The translations under genes were made by a program, and so were the position numbers. Positions 12,245 to 32,406 of a DNA stretch of 64,000 nt are shown in pieces. The stretch is from the NCBI GenBank assembly GCA_905178155.1, contig CAJINV010000007.1, forward strand, positions 528,020-592,019, in the 5' to 3' direction. A model generated the notes under the pieces. That model made no database searches and was not told the origin of the DNA. It worked only from the letters and a program-made list of their open reading frames with translations. The stretch comes from Amoebophrya sp. A120 (lineage: Eukaryota > Protista > Dinoflagellata). How positions within the stretch are numbered: position 1 is the stretch's first letter; every line of letters begins with the position of its first letter.

Positions 12245-13064
12245 GTTATGTGGTCGAAAAACTCACTTTCTCGACCATCATGAAGAAAGAAGCTAGAAAT
12301 AAAGACGGGCGAAAGAGAAAGTTCTTTTCAAAACTGAGAGTATTCTAACGACACCTACAAGAACAATCCGAGCCGAAATGTGACTGAGCTTGCGGGAAGT
12401 CCCGTAGACGCTGTGTGAGTTTTTTTGTGGTGTTTGTGCCCGATTGTCCAGTGTGTGTGCGAATCGGTTCAAAGCAGATGATCCTGACGGTTTATGTGTT
12501 GATGTGGCAAGATCAAGAGAAAGTTCGTTCACGTAGTTCCGGTCACAGCGATGGATCAAACGCATCAAGAGAACCATTGGTGCACAGTCTACTTTTTCGT
12601 TGGTGATTGCATCGTGAAGCGTGTTTTCATCTTCCGCTCGTTAACGGTAAGTGAGGATGGATTGCTGCCGCGGCGAAGATCTGTATTTCCCTTGGACGCG
12701 ATAACTAACGATATCAAGTGCGCCAAAGGAAGTCCTGATCCTCTTCGGAAGGTAACTGCGGGTCCGATGCGATAACGAGATCATCATCTGCCTGTTTTCT
12801 GGCCAAAGGAGAAGGAAGATCTGGACAGTTGTTCCAAAAAGAAACTTGTTATCGATCGATGTAGTAGAAATGCGGAAGATCAGTACATAAGGTGACGCCA
12901 GGACGCATAAAAACCAGCTGACGCTGCTTTTGTCATGTAGTTGTAGACCGAATGAATAAAAGGGAAAAGAAAATGTTGATAGCGTTAGTGATGAAGGAAA
13001 TGAAAGTCAAAGTGCATTGTTCATACTCATATTTCGGAGCAGCCTCGTACCCCTGGATCATACC

Positions 13065-16000
13065 ATGATGCTCTCCACGAGCGTGCTGCCCTCGTCGATC
13101 CAGCAGAAATATGCTCGGAGCAGGAACTTTCTGTTCCGAACGTGTGCCCGACGGCATTTCGGTGTGGCCAGGGTGGCGGAAAATCAAATTGGTTTTGCCA
13201 GTGCCACTAGCGACAAAACCACCAAGAAGGTCACGCCTTCAGGTTTTTCCGGCGTTGCACCAGAGCAGCAGCAGCAGTCCTTGCTGAAACATCAGCCTTT
13301 CAAGGCGAAGACGAAAAAGAAGCTGAATAAGTCCGACTATGTTTCCGTGCTGGTGGACTGTAATGATGCGCCCGCGTCATCGTCAACACACGGCCAGAAA
13401 AACGCGTGGAAGAGAAAGGCGTATGAAAATAGAACAACCGTGCTGGCGACGCGTGTTTCACTACGAGACTACTTCTTTCTAGGGGAGCGGATGACAGCAA
13501 GCGGCGCTTGTATTGCAGCCTCTGCATCACGACCACTCATAGCACCTCCCAGCCAGCGCTCCACTCCTCTAGTGCCGGCCGTGCTCGATGGGCTTTTTGC
13601 GTCAGCAACAAACTTGCGGAGAGCGAAGCATTTGAGTCGTGGTGTGAATGCAGTTACTATTTCTCCGGAAAGTAGAAGTAGCACGTGCGGTTTTTCAGCT
13701 CTCGCCAGAACTATGACCAGTGCCGCTCCCCTAGAAAGAAGACGAAGTAGAGTCACAGAACAACAGCGTCAGCCGTTGTTTATTCCCTCGGATACGAATT
13801 TCACAAACAACGTCCTCCAATCCGCGAAGTTGCAAAATAGAATCCAGAACACGGGGAATGTCGACGACGTTTTTTCCATTCTCGACGACTGCTTCGTCGG
13901 CGACACCGATTTGCAAAAGCAGTTGGACGAAGTGCACATTGCGACGTTATTGGTGAAGCTCGCAACGTTTTCAGACAGTACAAATAACGTAGGGCGCGAG
14001 CGCGACCGCCCGGGGCATCATGTGAAAAACAAGGAAAAGAACTGTTCTTTTGCTGCTTCCTCATCTTCTGCAACTACTCTGCCCAAGAACCAGAACGGCC
14101 CTGGTGTTGCGTCGGAAAGCAACGGGCCTTCCAATGCTGTCATACAGCAGAGGATTCTGGAGTCAACAACGAAACTGGTGGAGAAGCTGATGAATGAGTT
14201 CGTCAGGTGTAACAAGTCCACGGGGGCTTCTACCAGCGGCGACGGCTTCCTACCTGCAACACAAACGAAGCTCGCTACCGACCCGCGGTGTGTGTGCAAC
14301 ATCGTTTACGCGCTAGGGAAGATCCTGATGAAGCACGGAAAGAGCAGGAGGCACGAAGAGATGAGTCACGAGTTTGGAGCAGTGCAATTCCGCAAGGACA
14401 AGGAGAATCACTCCTCAGACGTTGTTGGTGCAGACGTGGGCGGATCAGTGCGGGACAGCTCCTCTTGCAGTGACCAGAATCGACGACTAAAGCTCTTCTC
14501 TCAGGTGCAACAGCTTCTAAACTTCTTCCACGCGAACATTTTTGAAAAAGTCGGGAACTACATCAAGCGGGAGGATGCGACAGGTTCCGGCCTTGCTAGA
14601 TCTTGTGTCGAAGAACAAGAGCAGATGAAGCGCCAGCAACATCAGAGAGAAGACAATACCACAATCCCCTCCTCCGAGATTTGGTCCCAGAAAAAGCGGA
14701 CAAGAGACGAAAAGCTGGAAATCCAGGAGTTGCGACGGACGAAAAGCGACGGGAGTGTTTTTTTTTCCGAAGTCGGACTGGCGCAACTGCTGAACGGGTA
14801 TGCGCATTTGTACGGTTTTTTCGCTGCGGGATCACTATCACCGGGGGAAGGATCAACGAGCGGGGATGGTGCTTCCCCGGGCGGAACTGGTGGCACTGGA
14901 ACTGGTATTATTCCGCCACCACATTTGTCACTCCTATCAGAAGTGAAAAGCAGATTGCAGATGGACGAAATGATGCCGAAGGCGATGTCGTTGATATTAT
15001 CGAGTTTGGCCAAGATTTACACGATTGAGGAGAATCTGATGAATGATCGTGGTCTTCTTTCAACGGAACAAACAAGCGGGCGTCTCGTGGATCCTGACAA
15101 AGACGACGCAGAACCACGGGAACAAACCTCTAACGACGGTTCTCGTTCTACCACACCAACGTGTAGTACTAATCATGCTTCCACCGCCACACGACACCAA
15201 TCTATCTCCTTCCACACGGCCGTCCGGTCGATTTTCGAGGAGGAAGTGCTCCATAAAGTGGATTTTAGCAAGAAGCACTTCATTCCCCAGCAGATTTCCC
15301 TCATTTGCTGGAGCGTCGCCACGGTGCTGTGCGAGGAGGTAGGTAGGAAGATGAGGATAAAGGGACAGGTATCCGGAGTAAAAACGTACCCACACCAGAG
15401 TTGTAATGCAGATTTGCCACGACAGGAACATTTGTGATGCGCAACCCCATGACAGGCATTTTCAATCGTGTTTGGGAACTTGTAGTGCTGTAAACAGGAT
15501 CAGACGGTCGCTTTGTGATGCGGCTTTCCTTGCTAACTTGCACTACCTTACGGACTGAAACTTGTCATGCGTGACTCCTAAAACTCCTAGGTTTGTGTTG
15601 CAAAATCCCCATCCTGACTCTGGTGTGGGTGCGTTTTTACTCAGGATAACAGGAGATCTTCAGGAGCTTGATGCAAGCTTGTATGATATGATAAATGTGG
15701 TCATGATAAGGTCGGTGGACATGAACATTTTGCCTACAACAACTTGCGTGGTGAGGCTTCTCTATGGTCTCCTGTCCTTTGTAACTGTAATACAGCATCT
15801 GGCTGCTCCGGGATAGCCGCCGCGTGTGCTCGTGGCAAGCGAAAATCGGCGGAACACACTCTGGAGAGGTTCTGGCAGAGTGTGGAGAATGCGTTCCGCT
15901 TTCATCAGAAAGTAGGTGGAACAAAACGAGTGGCTGACGCAAAGAATGACGCGGTGAAACAAAGACGTACAACTACACTCCTAGCAGACGCGTCCAACGA

Positions 16001-18788
16001 GTCCCTGTCGCAGCTCTGTGTTGCCCACGCGAAACTGAAGGGGAAAAATCACTCAATATTGAGAGGAAAAATCCCCCCTCCCCATATTGAAAAGGTATGT
16101 TTCCAAAAATTTGTGTTGCGGATTTGAGGTCACAAATCACATCTGTCTTGCAAGAAGACAAGGGCAGAAGCTTCCGCCCCATTATGGAAGCGATTTGTCA
16201 TGCTGTCTGGCCTACAGGGGGGCCGTTTTCCATGCTGAACTACTACGCCCATACGCCCCTACCTAGCCTGGGGATCTGGCCGCAGTGCCTCTGTGCAATA
16301 CAAAGCTGATCTGTGGCCACAAATCAGCATCACAGATTTCCGTTTTGATATGGGGAGGGGGGATTTTTCATTTTGATACTCAAGAGAAGATCTTTATGAT
16401 GAGGCCACGACTTGTAAAAATCTTGGGCACAACGACGAGAATGGTTTTTTTCAAACTCACCTGGTAAAAGAATGCTTCCACCGGCTACAACAGCAGACGG
16501 GGCCGCACATCAGCGGACCGACGATGAAAATAAATACGCCTAATTTAGGTTCTCAGGAAATCGGGTCTATTGCCTGGTCGCTGGTGAAAATGGAGAAATT
16601 CCACTTGGCAAAAAGTTGGTGCGAGGTTGTCTTTTTCCAGCAATCAACATCTGCGACAGGACTACAACCTTCTACCATGATGTTGACAACAACCAGTCTG
16701 AACGCCCGCGCAGTGGCAAACTTGGTTTGGGTTTATGCGACCGCCACGCCTAAAAATTTGTCGACGACGAGCACGAACAGGGCCGGCAGCAAAAGTTTCA
16801 GTTGTGAGCACCAGAACTACGAGCCAGTAGTAAAAGACCAGAAAACTACGACCACTGCTACTGCAACTTCGTACGAGACTTTTTTGAAAGTTCAGTTAAA
16901 TCAGCAACCGATTGTGCAGCAATTTTTGCAGGATGAGGCGGCCTTGTCGCAGTTTCTCTATTCTACCGCGAAGCTCATGAACGATTTCGGGGAATTTAGC
17001 AGCAGAACTTTAAAAAACCGACAGCTGTTGAGGGAGACAAGATTGCTGAAAGAGGTTGCAAACGCGCTGGCAGGTAAACGGCAAAGCGGACATTATCCAA
17101 ATTGCAACTCAACAATAAAATCTAATTCCAGCCCTTGCGCCAATCAACATTTTCTACGCATCAAGAAACCACAACACTTGGCGAACCTTTCGTGGGCGTT
17201 GTGCGTCATCGGCGGAATGGACCAGCTTTTGGTGGAACTGTTAGACCCGCGTAGTTTACCTCGTGGTGATGGTACTGCAATTATCCCACACGGGATGAAC
17301 TACTACGGCAATCAAGAAGAAAAACACAGGAGGAGCGCGTTACACGCAGTAACAGACCCCCGCCACATCAGCGCTTTGTGGTACGTCTGCAAACGGGCGA
17401 CGGTGGTGAGAAAAGATTTGTTGGAGTTGCTGATTCAGAAAACCACGAGGACCTCCGCGGAGTCGATAGAGAGGAATGCGAAGATGTCATATGAACAAAT
17501 GAAGACCTCCTCTCTGTTGCTCTCGGACCAAGACATTCTCTTGCGACTTTTCGCGTTGCAGGCAATCGCCCGGTGTTGCTCTGTTGAGTTGGAAGGAGGC
17601 GGGGTCGTGGTGTCCTCGGATAGCAACGAGCTCAGTGCAGTGCAGCAGAATGAGAAGAAGCTTCTTGTGCGAAAATTTGTGTTGGAGATGGTTGAAAGCC
17701 TGCTTCTTGTGGCAACTTCATCTACTTCCGGACCGGCCTCAGCTGTCACAACTTTACCTGAAAAGGAACAAACGCGCAAGAAGCAACACCCGGCGACCAA
17801 GTCTTGTCTCCATGCCGACGATCTCGGCGGCCCCGTCGCGATGGTGCTGGTAACTCTGGCGGCGATGGATAAAAGCGGAGAAATTCGGAAGCTGTTGCAG
17901 GAACACCCGGCCCTGCTGCAGACCGTGTTCCGACAGCTGTTTTCGAGTTTTGTCGTTTCCCCGCTACAGGACGAAATCGGAGCACTCGCTACTCCAGAAG
18001 AGGAAATAAGAACTGAGGTGCTTTTGAAGAATGGCAAGACGAAGAGTTGTTCCAATCATCTCCGCGTTTCCAACGAGGAAGCCTCGCATTCCCTGCACCA
18101 AGCGTACCGGGCGTACCTGGCCTGCAGCGTGCTGTATCCCGAATTAATCGCGGGGGTGGACGAGGAAGCCGAACTCGGTGCCTACAGTCAAGTAGGAAAC
18201 AGAGAGAACAAGAAAGCAGCTCCTGTGCCGAAGATTCCGTCCTCCTTGCCGCAAAACCCTTCTCCAAAATCCAGCACGACGCACGACTTGTTGCGGCGGA
18301 AAATCCAGGAGCTCGGTCAAGTTAGTTGTAGGGGAAAAAAATCTTCTTCTTTTGAAATCAACCGCATCGAGAACGAAGTGCCGCTCTTTCAACAACAGCG
18401 GAAAGCCGTCCTGCAAAAAGATGTTGATAATCGCTCTGCAGGAGAAAGAAAATCTTCTTCATTGTCGAATCTGGAAATAAAGAACAACCGTGTAGTGATT
18501 CAACCCGAGTTTTTCGTCGACTTAGTGGTGAACGGAAAGCTGTGTATCGAAGTCAATGGCCCAGAGCACTACTTTTCTCTTCTGGATAGTTGTCCTTCTT
18601 CTACTATGCCAACAACTTCTACCACCCGGCGGCTTCAAATCGGGGAGAACTGTCTGAAGCGAAAAATCGCGGAGAAACTTGGGTATGCCTATCTAGAATT
18701 CGACGCTGTGAAAGAGTTAGATGTGAAGTTGAAAGCGACTGACTGCTTGCAGTGGCTGGAAGAAAAGTTGAAAGCGAAATGGATTTAG
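13065..18788 (+). CDS. RAP-domain helical-repeat (OPR/HPR-like) RNA-binding protein, probably organellar
   Basis: C-terminal VDLVVNGKLCIEVNGPEHY..LKRKIAEKLGYAYLEF is RAP-like. Repeats include PQQISLICWSVA, SQEIGSIAWSLVK and PQHLANLSWAL. N-terminus is Arg-rich. Confidence 0.75.
15370..15648. mobile_element. Family-B TIR element (probably within GT-AG intron 15343-15795)
   Basis: B-type TIRs; TSD ACAGG. Confidence 0.9.
16057..16378. mobile_element. Family-C TIR introner
   Basis: TSD CTCAA; removal joins ORF 15744 to ORF 16524. Confidence 0.92.
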
Positions 18789-19374
18789 TAGATAACGCGA
18801 GTCACTTCACTTTACTCGAAGTAAAGAGGTGATAGCAGAACCGAAAATTATCCTAGAACAGCTGCGATTGCACGACAGCAGGAGATGGAAGGTTTAGTAG
18901 GCTTCATTTCAACTATGCAGCTGCACGAGTGTTCACTCCATTGCAAGTTCCAAGGTTACTTACTCTGCTGTTTCTCGTAATCCTAGTCCTGAGCCATCGA
19001 CTCCCGCCGCATCTGGCTTGCTGCTGCTGTGAATTCCTCTTGTGCAGCCGCGACCTGAGATGTAGTTGACGAAGCGCTGGGGTTGAACGATGTTTGATCC
19101 TCACCACGCCCACCCTGAAACAACGCACCGGATTCGAGTGAAGATGTCACTAAATCTAAGATCACGAGTACATACTAAAAGCTGAGTAAATAAAGAAATA
19201 CGAACACGCCGAGAACTTATGAATGTACCTCCTACGTCCTACCGGCGTGACTGAGTTGCTACTTCTGTACGTTAATAATGTGAGGACAAGCTACTTTCAC
19301 AATCCACCATCAATCCTTTGAACATTTTAAACTTTTAGTATCGATAGTAGTGAAGAACTATCGCAGCTGCCAAG

Positions 19375-21925
19375 ATGTATCAGCAAGTTGCGACGACGGA
19401 GAAGGGCAAGGAGCTCCTGGAAGGAGTGCGGGGGAAGTTCGGCGGGATGTTTAAGTTCATGTTCTTCACCTCCGCATCAATAGTAACGTTCTCGGGGATA
19501 CTATCGATTGTCGTCGCCGCGACAAACATGAGGCCACCCTTCGACTTCATCAATTACGTATCGTATATTTGATAGAGGATTCTTTCGTGTATTGTTTGTC
19601 ATGCGAAATACTTCCCGAAGAGGAAAGATTTCTGTCATGCAAAAAACACATCAAAAACAAGACTTCTAAAACTTCCACTTTTCAGGTCTTCCTGACAATA
19701 TTCGGGCTGATAATGATGGCGATGGATGCACCAAACGAGACACCCTTTCTTAGAGGATTCCGCTTATCGAAGTGGGAAAGAGCGTGCCAGTGTTGAACAC
19801 CTAAATCTGTAGCCTGTAAAACATGCAAAACATCATTCGCGTTACATGCTTGTCATGTCAGGGAGCCAGTTTTTACGTAGGTAAGCACAACTCGAATAAG
19901 TACTGCTGATCGCACGAATTTGTAGTACACTAAAGCGCGCTTTCTTTCCCTGGATTTCGAGCGGCATTGCTCTACTACGCACTCTTCATGACGAGATTTG
20001 TCGGCAGGGGAATATGGTAAGTCTACAGATTTTGATGCTCTGTATATGCCATTGCAATTGCTGCATGACAACCGAGGCTATCTTTGTGCGGTTCTGCATG
20101 ACAAATTCATGACAAATTTCCATCAGGTACCTTTTTCTGGGCAGCATCACAGTCGGTGCGCTCTACGACAACGACATACTACCAGCACTCGGATATGGAT
20201 CGGAAAAAATTATTGCTAGCGCTGCTAGGGCGGAGAAAATAATTGCTAGCGCTGCTAGCGCTGCTAGGGCGGAGAAAATTAGGTTTGTTTATGATGCTTG
20301 CATACGAGAGCTCCCAAACCAGGTGGAGGCGCCGCCCTGGTTGCTGGTTTGGGTGGACGCAGCTCTCGTGTGCCGGAGCACCTGTATGCCGCTGGGGGAC
20401 GCAACAGCTTTTTGCTGTTGAATCGGTCCGGATTAGCGCAGCAGGGGCCTTGCTTGAGGCCCCTCCCCTGTGCTTCGTCCCTGCATGCATAAGGACCTCC
20501 AGGGCTGTGCATCATGTTCGATCTACGTAGACACTCGCTGCGTGTCTACGCCTTCGCGCAGCATGGGTCCGGTCCCATGTTGCACGTTGTGCCTGCCTTT
20601 TCGCGCGCCAGCCCCTTTTGCTTCTACCGCTACCGCTCGTCTTACGAAAGGCCTTGAGAATTTATTTCCATACGTATTTACAAACGCTTAACTATGAGTA
20701 GCAGTACTAAGTTTATTTCCGATTTACTTAGTTTCTCAGTAGAAGTTTACGTTACGTAGTAGCTTAGCATTTACCAGTTTAGTAGGCCTCTGAACGGCAA
20801 AGGGACGAACAGCCCGTAGACCTCCGATGTGATGCAGAAGTTCTAACTGCAATAGCTTTTGTGATGCTTCAAGGCCTGAAGAGGCAAACGTCAATGCTTG
20901 ATAGTACGCCACTATTACCAGTGTGCACGACCACCGCATGACAAGTCCTTCAGACATGCGCTAGCGCCGTTTTTCCATCCGATGCCGATTGGGTGCTAGG
21001 CGGTTACATTATGGGAGTGGCGTCTTACAGTACTTTGTTATGAACAATTTTGATGTTCCTTCATCATGCTGGTAAGACTGCATAGCATATTTCAACGACA
21101 AGACATTGCCTACAGTATGTACGAATTTGATGTACAAGAACCCATCAAGGTATCTTCTACGGAATCAAGCTGAGTAAGAACCTGGAGGCGGTGCGAAAGA
21201 AAATCTTGGACCAGGGTCCGGAACAGTGGGGCGCATACATTCCACCAAATGGATATGGGAATGAATTCTGCTCTTGAGTCACGATGACGGAGGTGAAGAG
21301 GTCTGTCATGCGTAAGAAAGCTACACAGCGGATGAACTTTGTCATGATCCGAAGCGAAAAAGTACGAGCAGCATCCAGGAGAGAAGTAGCCACATGGATA
21401 GACCACGTCTGTCACGTGACTCTCAATGCTTTCCAATGGATCCTGCCATGTCAAAAATCCAGCTCCGGGACCTCGCCAGCGCATTAACAAGTATCTTTCT
21501 ATCAGTTCCTTTCGTTTTGCTTTCCTTCGTTGCATGAGAAAACAAAATAACTTGGTGATAACTTCTTTGCTTGCAGCATGGGAAATCACTGGTCATGATG
21601 CGTCGACAACAGTGGTACCTTGGAGCAAATGAAAAAACGAAAACAGCTGTAACATTCAAGGACGAAGAGCTCAATTACATTGTCGCCGGCATGAGCGTAT
21701 GCTGTGCAGAAGTATCGTACTCGCATAAGTGCATTACAAATTTCCTCAGCATGAGAAATAAAATTTGTTATGCCGGTTTACCTCAAGAAAAAAAATGCAT
21801 GATTGCAATTACTACGAGTACGATGCTTTTGCAATGCATAGAGCATGGACTTCCGAGACGACGGCATCATCAGCCAGGATGAGTTCGAAGCGTGGGTCCG
21901 GGGGCCGGATATGCTGGTGTTGTAG
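19375..21925 (+). CDS. COPI-associated-family multi-pass membrane protein with C-terminal EF-hand-like motif
   Basis: Exon pieces PPFDFINY|VFLTIFGLIMMAMD, YLFLGSITVGALYDNDILPALG|WVLGGYIMGVA, YGIKLSKNLEAVRKKI and DFRDDGIISQDEFEAWVRGPDMLVL*. Some internal junctions are unresolved. Confidence 0.6.
20194..20989. mobile_element. Long, degenerate non-canonical intron with imperfect TIR
   Basis: TATGGATCGGAAAAAA..GCTAGCGC / GCGCTAGC..TTTTTCCATCCGAT; removal joins LPALG|WVLGGY. Confidence 0.5.
21698..21840. mobile_element. Family-G short TIR introner
   Basis: TATGCTGTGCAGAAGTATCGTACTCG..CGAGTACGATGCTTTTGCAATGCATA; DR GAGCG/GAGCA. Confidence 0.85.
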
Positions 21926-23215
21926 TTAGAAATCGGTTGTTGTGGTACACCAGCATGCTTTTTTACGAGAGTCTCGTTTACTATGGAATCTGCAAGAACT
22001 ACTTATCGCAATCGCGATCGACGGTGTCGCGCAAGCCAAAAAAGCGCAACGCAAGTCCCACTCTCATTTTCCTGAAAAAGTCCACGTAAGATTCTGAAGT
22101 AGTGCAAGCAACAAGCGCAAGGCGATAAATCACACAGCTGCTTTGTGGTGGCCTTGCGCTTTGAAAGTCGAATAACTCCAATGTCGACTTGTGAAAGCCA
22201 GCTTATATACGAGGAATGGTCCAGCATAAATATTCACCTCGAGGAGGAGCGAAAAAGACGCGAGGAACTACTGTGCCGTGTGTATATTGAAGAATTTGCC
22301 GCGTCAAGATGAAGAAAAAGGAGAAGTCGTACGACCGGAGAAAAATATTGCTCCACCCCCTTGTGCAACTTCCTATCGACAGAATGACAGGTCATGCTGT
22401 CGACACCGTGCTCAAGGTTCGAGAAGCGGACTTGATCCTTATCGTCGGGAAGGAAGTAGAAACACAAGGGTTCTTCCGAGTGTTCTTCGTTAGAGCTTCT
22501 TTGAAGAAGTCGTCGTTGCGTCTGGGATGGAAGTCGTCGTACTATGTATTAGAACATCATATGTGGAGGCAGGTCGACTACTTGCCGTCTTCTCCCCACG
22601 CTCCGAGAAAAAGTCTTGTCAAGGGAGTGTGGTCGTCGTATTTGCAGAACAAATTGTAGAACAATCATCAAAATAACGAACGTGCAGGTGTCGTTAATCC
22701 AAAAGGCCGCGTGCGGACTCATCATAAGTACCTGCTGCACCAGCTGCGAAGATATTTTCGGTTTTTGACATTTGAAAATGGCCCATTCGTAGTTTTATAC
22801 TAGGCAGAACGTTCCAGTAGCAGCACTTGATCCACCGACCGAATCTGAAATCGAATTCCAGATCTTTCTCTCGTCGTCTCATCGTTCAGCACTTAGTAGC
22901 AAAAAATCGTTTTCGGGAGGGGCAGTTGTAGCAGCAAGTGCTCTTCGTCTTTCGTAGAAGCATTGTATGTAGTCGCTCGTTCATCTTCATTGTCGTTGCA
23001 ACCGATCGTGACGAGGTTTATTTTGTGGGCCGATCTTCTGTAGCCAATTACAATTTTCTTTTGAATTTGAAGGAATACAAGATTTGAGAAGTACAAATAC
23101 AAAACGAAAAGAACTAGAGAAATAAATACCAAAACGTCATGACAATGAAGATTCGCCTTAGAAGCCCAACTCAGACGCAGCTTCCTCACTTGTGGAGGAG
23201 TCGTTTTATCGCGAC

Positions 23216-23467
23216 TATCAACTGTAAAAATGTCTGGGTCTGGAAGAATTCATGTTTGTCATGCTTGTCTGGCATGACTCTTAAATCTGTCATGCACGTT
23301 ACCCAAGAGCTCCGTTTTTCTGTGATGCAGAAGCGCAGTTTGTCATGCAGAATAGGCAACACTTAGGAGCTCAGAAACTTGTCATGCTGAGCCAGCATTT
23401 GTAGCCTCATCATGAGACGCCACCCAGCATCACAGGTTTCCAGACCCAGACATTTTTACATTTGATA
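23216..23467. mobile_element. Family-A TIR element (host frame unclear)
   Basis: TSD GCGAC. Confidence 0.9.
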
Positions 23468-23650
23468 GCGACAGCAGCAGACCACGGAGTAGGACTGCAG
23501 CAGCCGGATTGAACGGATTGATGGTGTGGCAATGATCAATTCGTTTTCCTTAGGCAGCTTTATTATTTTGCCGGCATTCGTTTCTTTGAACGTACGCGGT
23601 TAATTCCGACCCTTTCACGTGACCAGAGCCGATCGCTTTCACGTTCGGAT

Positions 23651-23910
23651 TATCAACTGCAAAAATGTCTGGGTCTGGAAGAGTCGGGGCTTGTCATGCA
23701 CATTTTGCATGACCCGTGAGGCCTGTGATGCTGGTGCTAGCATCACAGATTTTTTGAGAGCTTCTTGATGCTGATTACGCATGAGAAATGCCCTCTTCGT
23801 GTGCCACGATCTGACTCCCCTTGCTCCCCATGCAACACAGATATTTTTAAAATCCGCAGACAGCATTACAAGTTGCAATCTTCCAGACCCAGACATTTTT
23901 ACAGTTCATA
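23651..23910. mobile_element. Family-A TIR introner
   Basis: TSD CGGAT. Confidence 0.9.
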
Positions 23911-23971
23911 CGGATTCCTCGCGCCGTTATCGGTCAGAAACTTCACCTCCTTCTCCGGCTTGCACTCGGAA

Positions 23972-24276
23972 TATGAAAGCCTCAGGTTGGAAATCCTCAA
24001 AGTGGAAAACATTTGTAATGCAAAAAAACGACTCCAGTTGGAGCACCATTTATAGTCGGCGCATGACAAATTTCCCGGGCACTCAAAACGTGTCTGTCAT
24101 GCTAGTTAGGCAAAGGCGTGCCCTCGTCTCATGCTAATCAGGAGCTCAATTCTGAACCCGTACATGCACAATAGTCGGCCTCCATTGCATTCTCTGCAAT
24201 GCAGTCTTTTTGGTGTCGCATTTCATGCATCACAAATTATTTCCGCTTTGAGGATTTCCATTCTGAGGGTGTCATA
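23972..24276. mobile_element. Family-D-like TIR introner
   Basis: TATGAAAGCCTCAG..CTGAGGGTGTCATA; TSD CGGAA. Confidence 0.85.
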
Positions 24277-24622
24277 CGGAATCCAGGAAGAGCTCCAGGG
24301 AGTACACCTGCCAGCAGTCGACCGAGTCATCGGCTTTGAGGCGCCACTGGGTGCCGGTGAAGCCGGGTCTGGCGTGGCCCGTGCCGCCACCAAGGTCGTA
24401 AAACCAGGAACCGGAGTAGTCGGTCAGAGAAGCTGCACCAACTTCAACCGCAGGGTCGAACCTGATAGATTAGTAATGAGTTTTTTGCATGAAGAATTTC
24501 ATGGATGATGTGAAACTCGCAACACAAACAGAAGTAGCGGATGGCGTTGCAAGCTGAAACAAGACAACAACTTCGTCCTAAATCCTATGTATACCACCGA
24601 ATGCCGTTCCAGGTTTCCAGCC

Positions 24623-24713
24623 AGCCGATCACGGAGTAGAACTGCAGCAGCCGGATTGAACGGATTGAGCCGATCACGGAGTAGAACTGCAGCAGCCGGA
24701 TTGAACGGATTGA
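24623..24713. repeat. 45-bp tandem duplication; third partial copy at 23483-23521
   Basis: AGCCGATCACGGAGTAGAACTGCAGCAGCCGGATTGAACGGATTG x2. Confidence 0.9.
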
Positions 24714-24871
24714 GGCACTTAGTCGCTCGAAACTTTTCTTCAGAACAGCGGAAGACGTGCGACGACTTTCTGAGTTGGCACCCGTAGGTTTACAACACAC
24801 GCGAACAGCTGCAATCTCGCACTGTCCACCTCGCCAGTTCGACTTTCAGCACTTGAAGCTGCGCAGCGACA

Positions 24872-32119
<7,248 letters not shown>

Positions 32120-32127
32120 AAAGCTTT

Positions 32128-32406
32128 TATCCTGAGGAAAAACGTACCCACACCAGAGTTGTAATGCAGATTTGCAAAGACAGGAAGACTTGCAATGCGC
32201 ATCCCCATGAGAGCCATTTCCAGTCGTGTTTTGGAATTTGTGATGCTGTGAACAGGATGAGCAGATGAATCTGTGATGCGGCTGCGCTTGCTAACCTGCA
32301 CTACACTGCATTGTGCAACTTGTCATGCGTGACGCACAAAACTCCTAGGTTTGTGTTGCAAAATCCTCATCCTGACTCTGGTGTGGGTACGTTTTTACTC
32401 AGGATA
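32128..32406. mobile_element. Family-B element in 3' UTR, inverted near-identical copy of 31756-32034
   Basis: TSD GCTTT. Confidence 0.93.

Larger units (their letters stand above)
23550..24622 (-). pseudogene. Minus-strand gene fragment retaining its introns, flanked by ~39-bp direct repeats
   Basis: Spliced WLETWNGIRW|FDPAVEVG..TQWRLKADDSVDCWQVYSLELFLDSECKPEKEV..AIGSGH; GT-AG intron 24594-24462 plus two introners; no start codon seen. Confidence 0.55.

Noticed and set aside
22234-22882. Possible minus-strand exons (FYFLPDDKDQVRFSNLEHG..)
   Set aside because: Coding-like, but I could not assemble a consistent gene model, so it is left uncalled.
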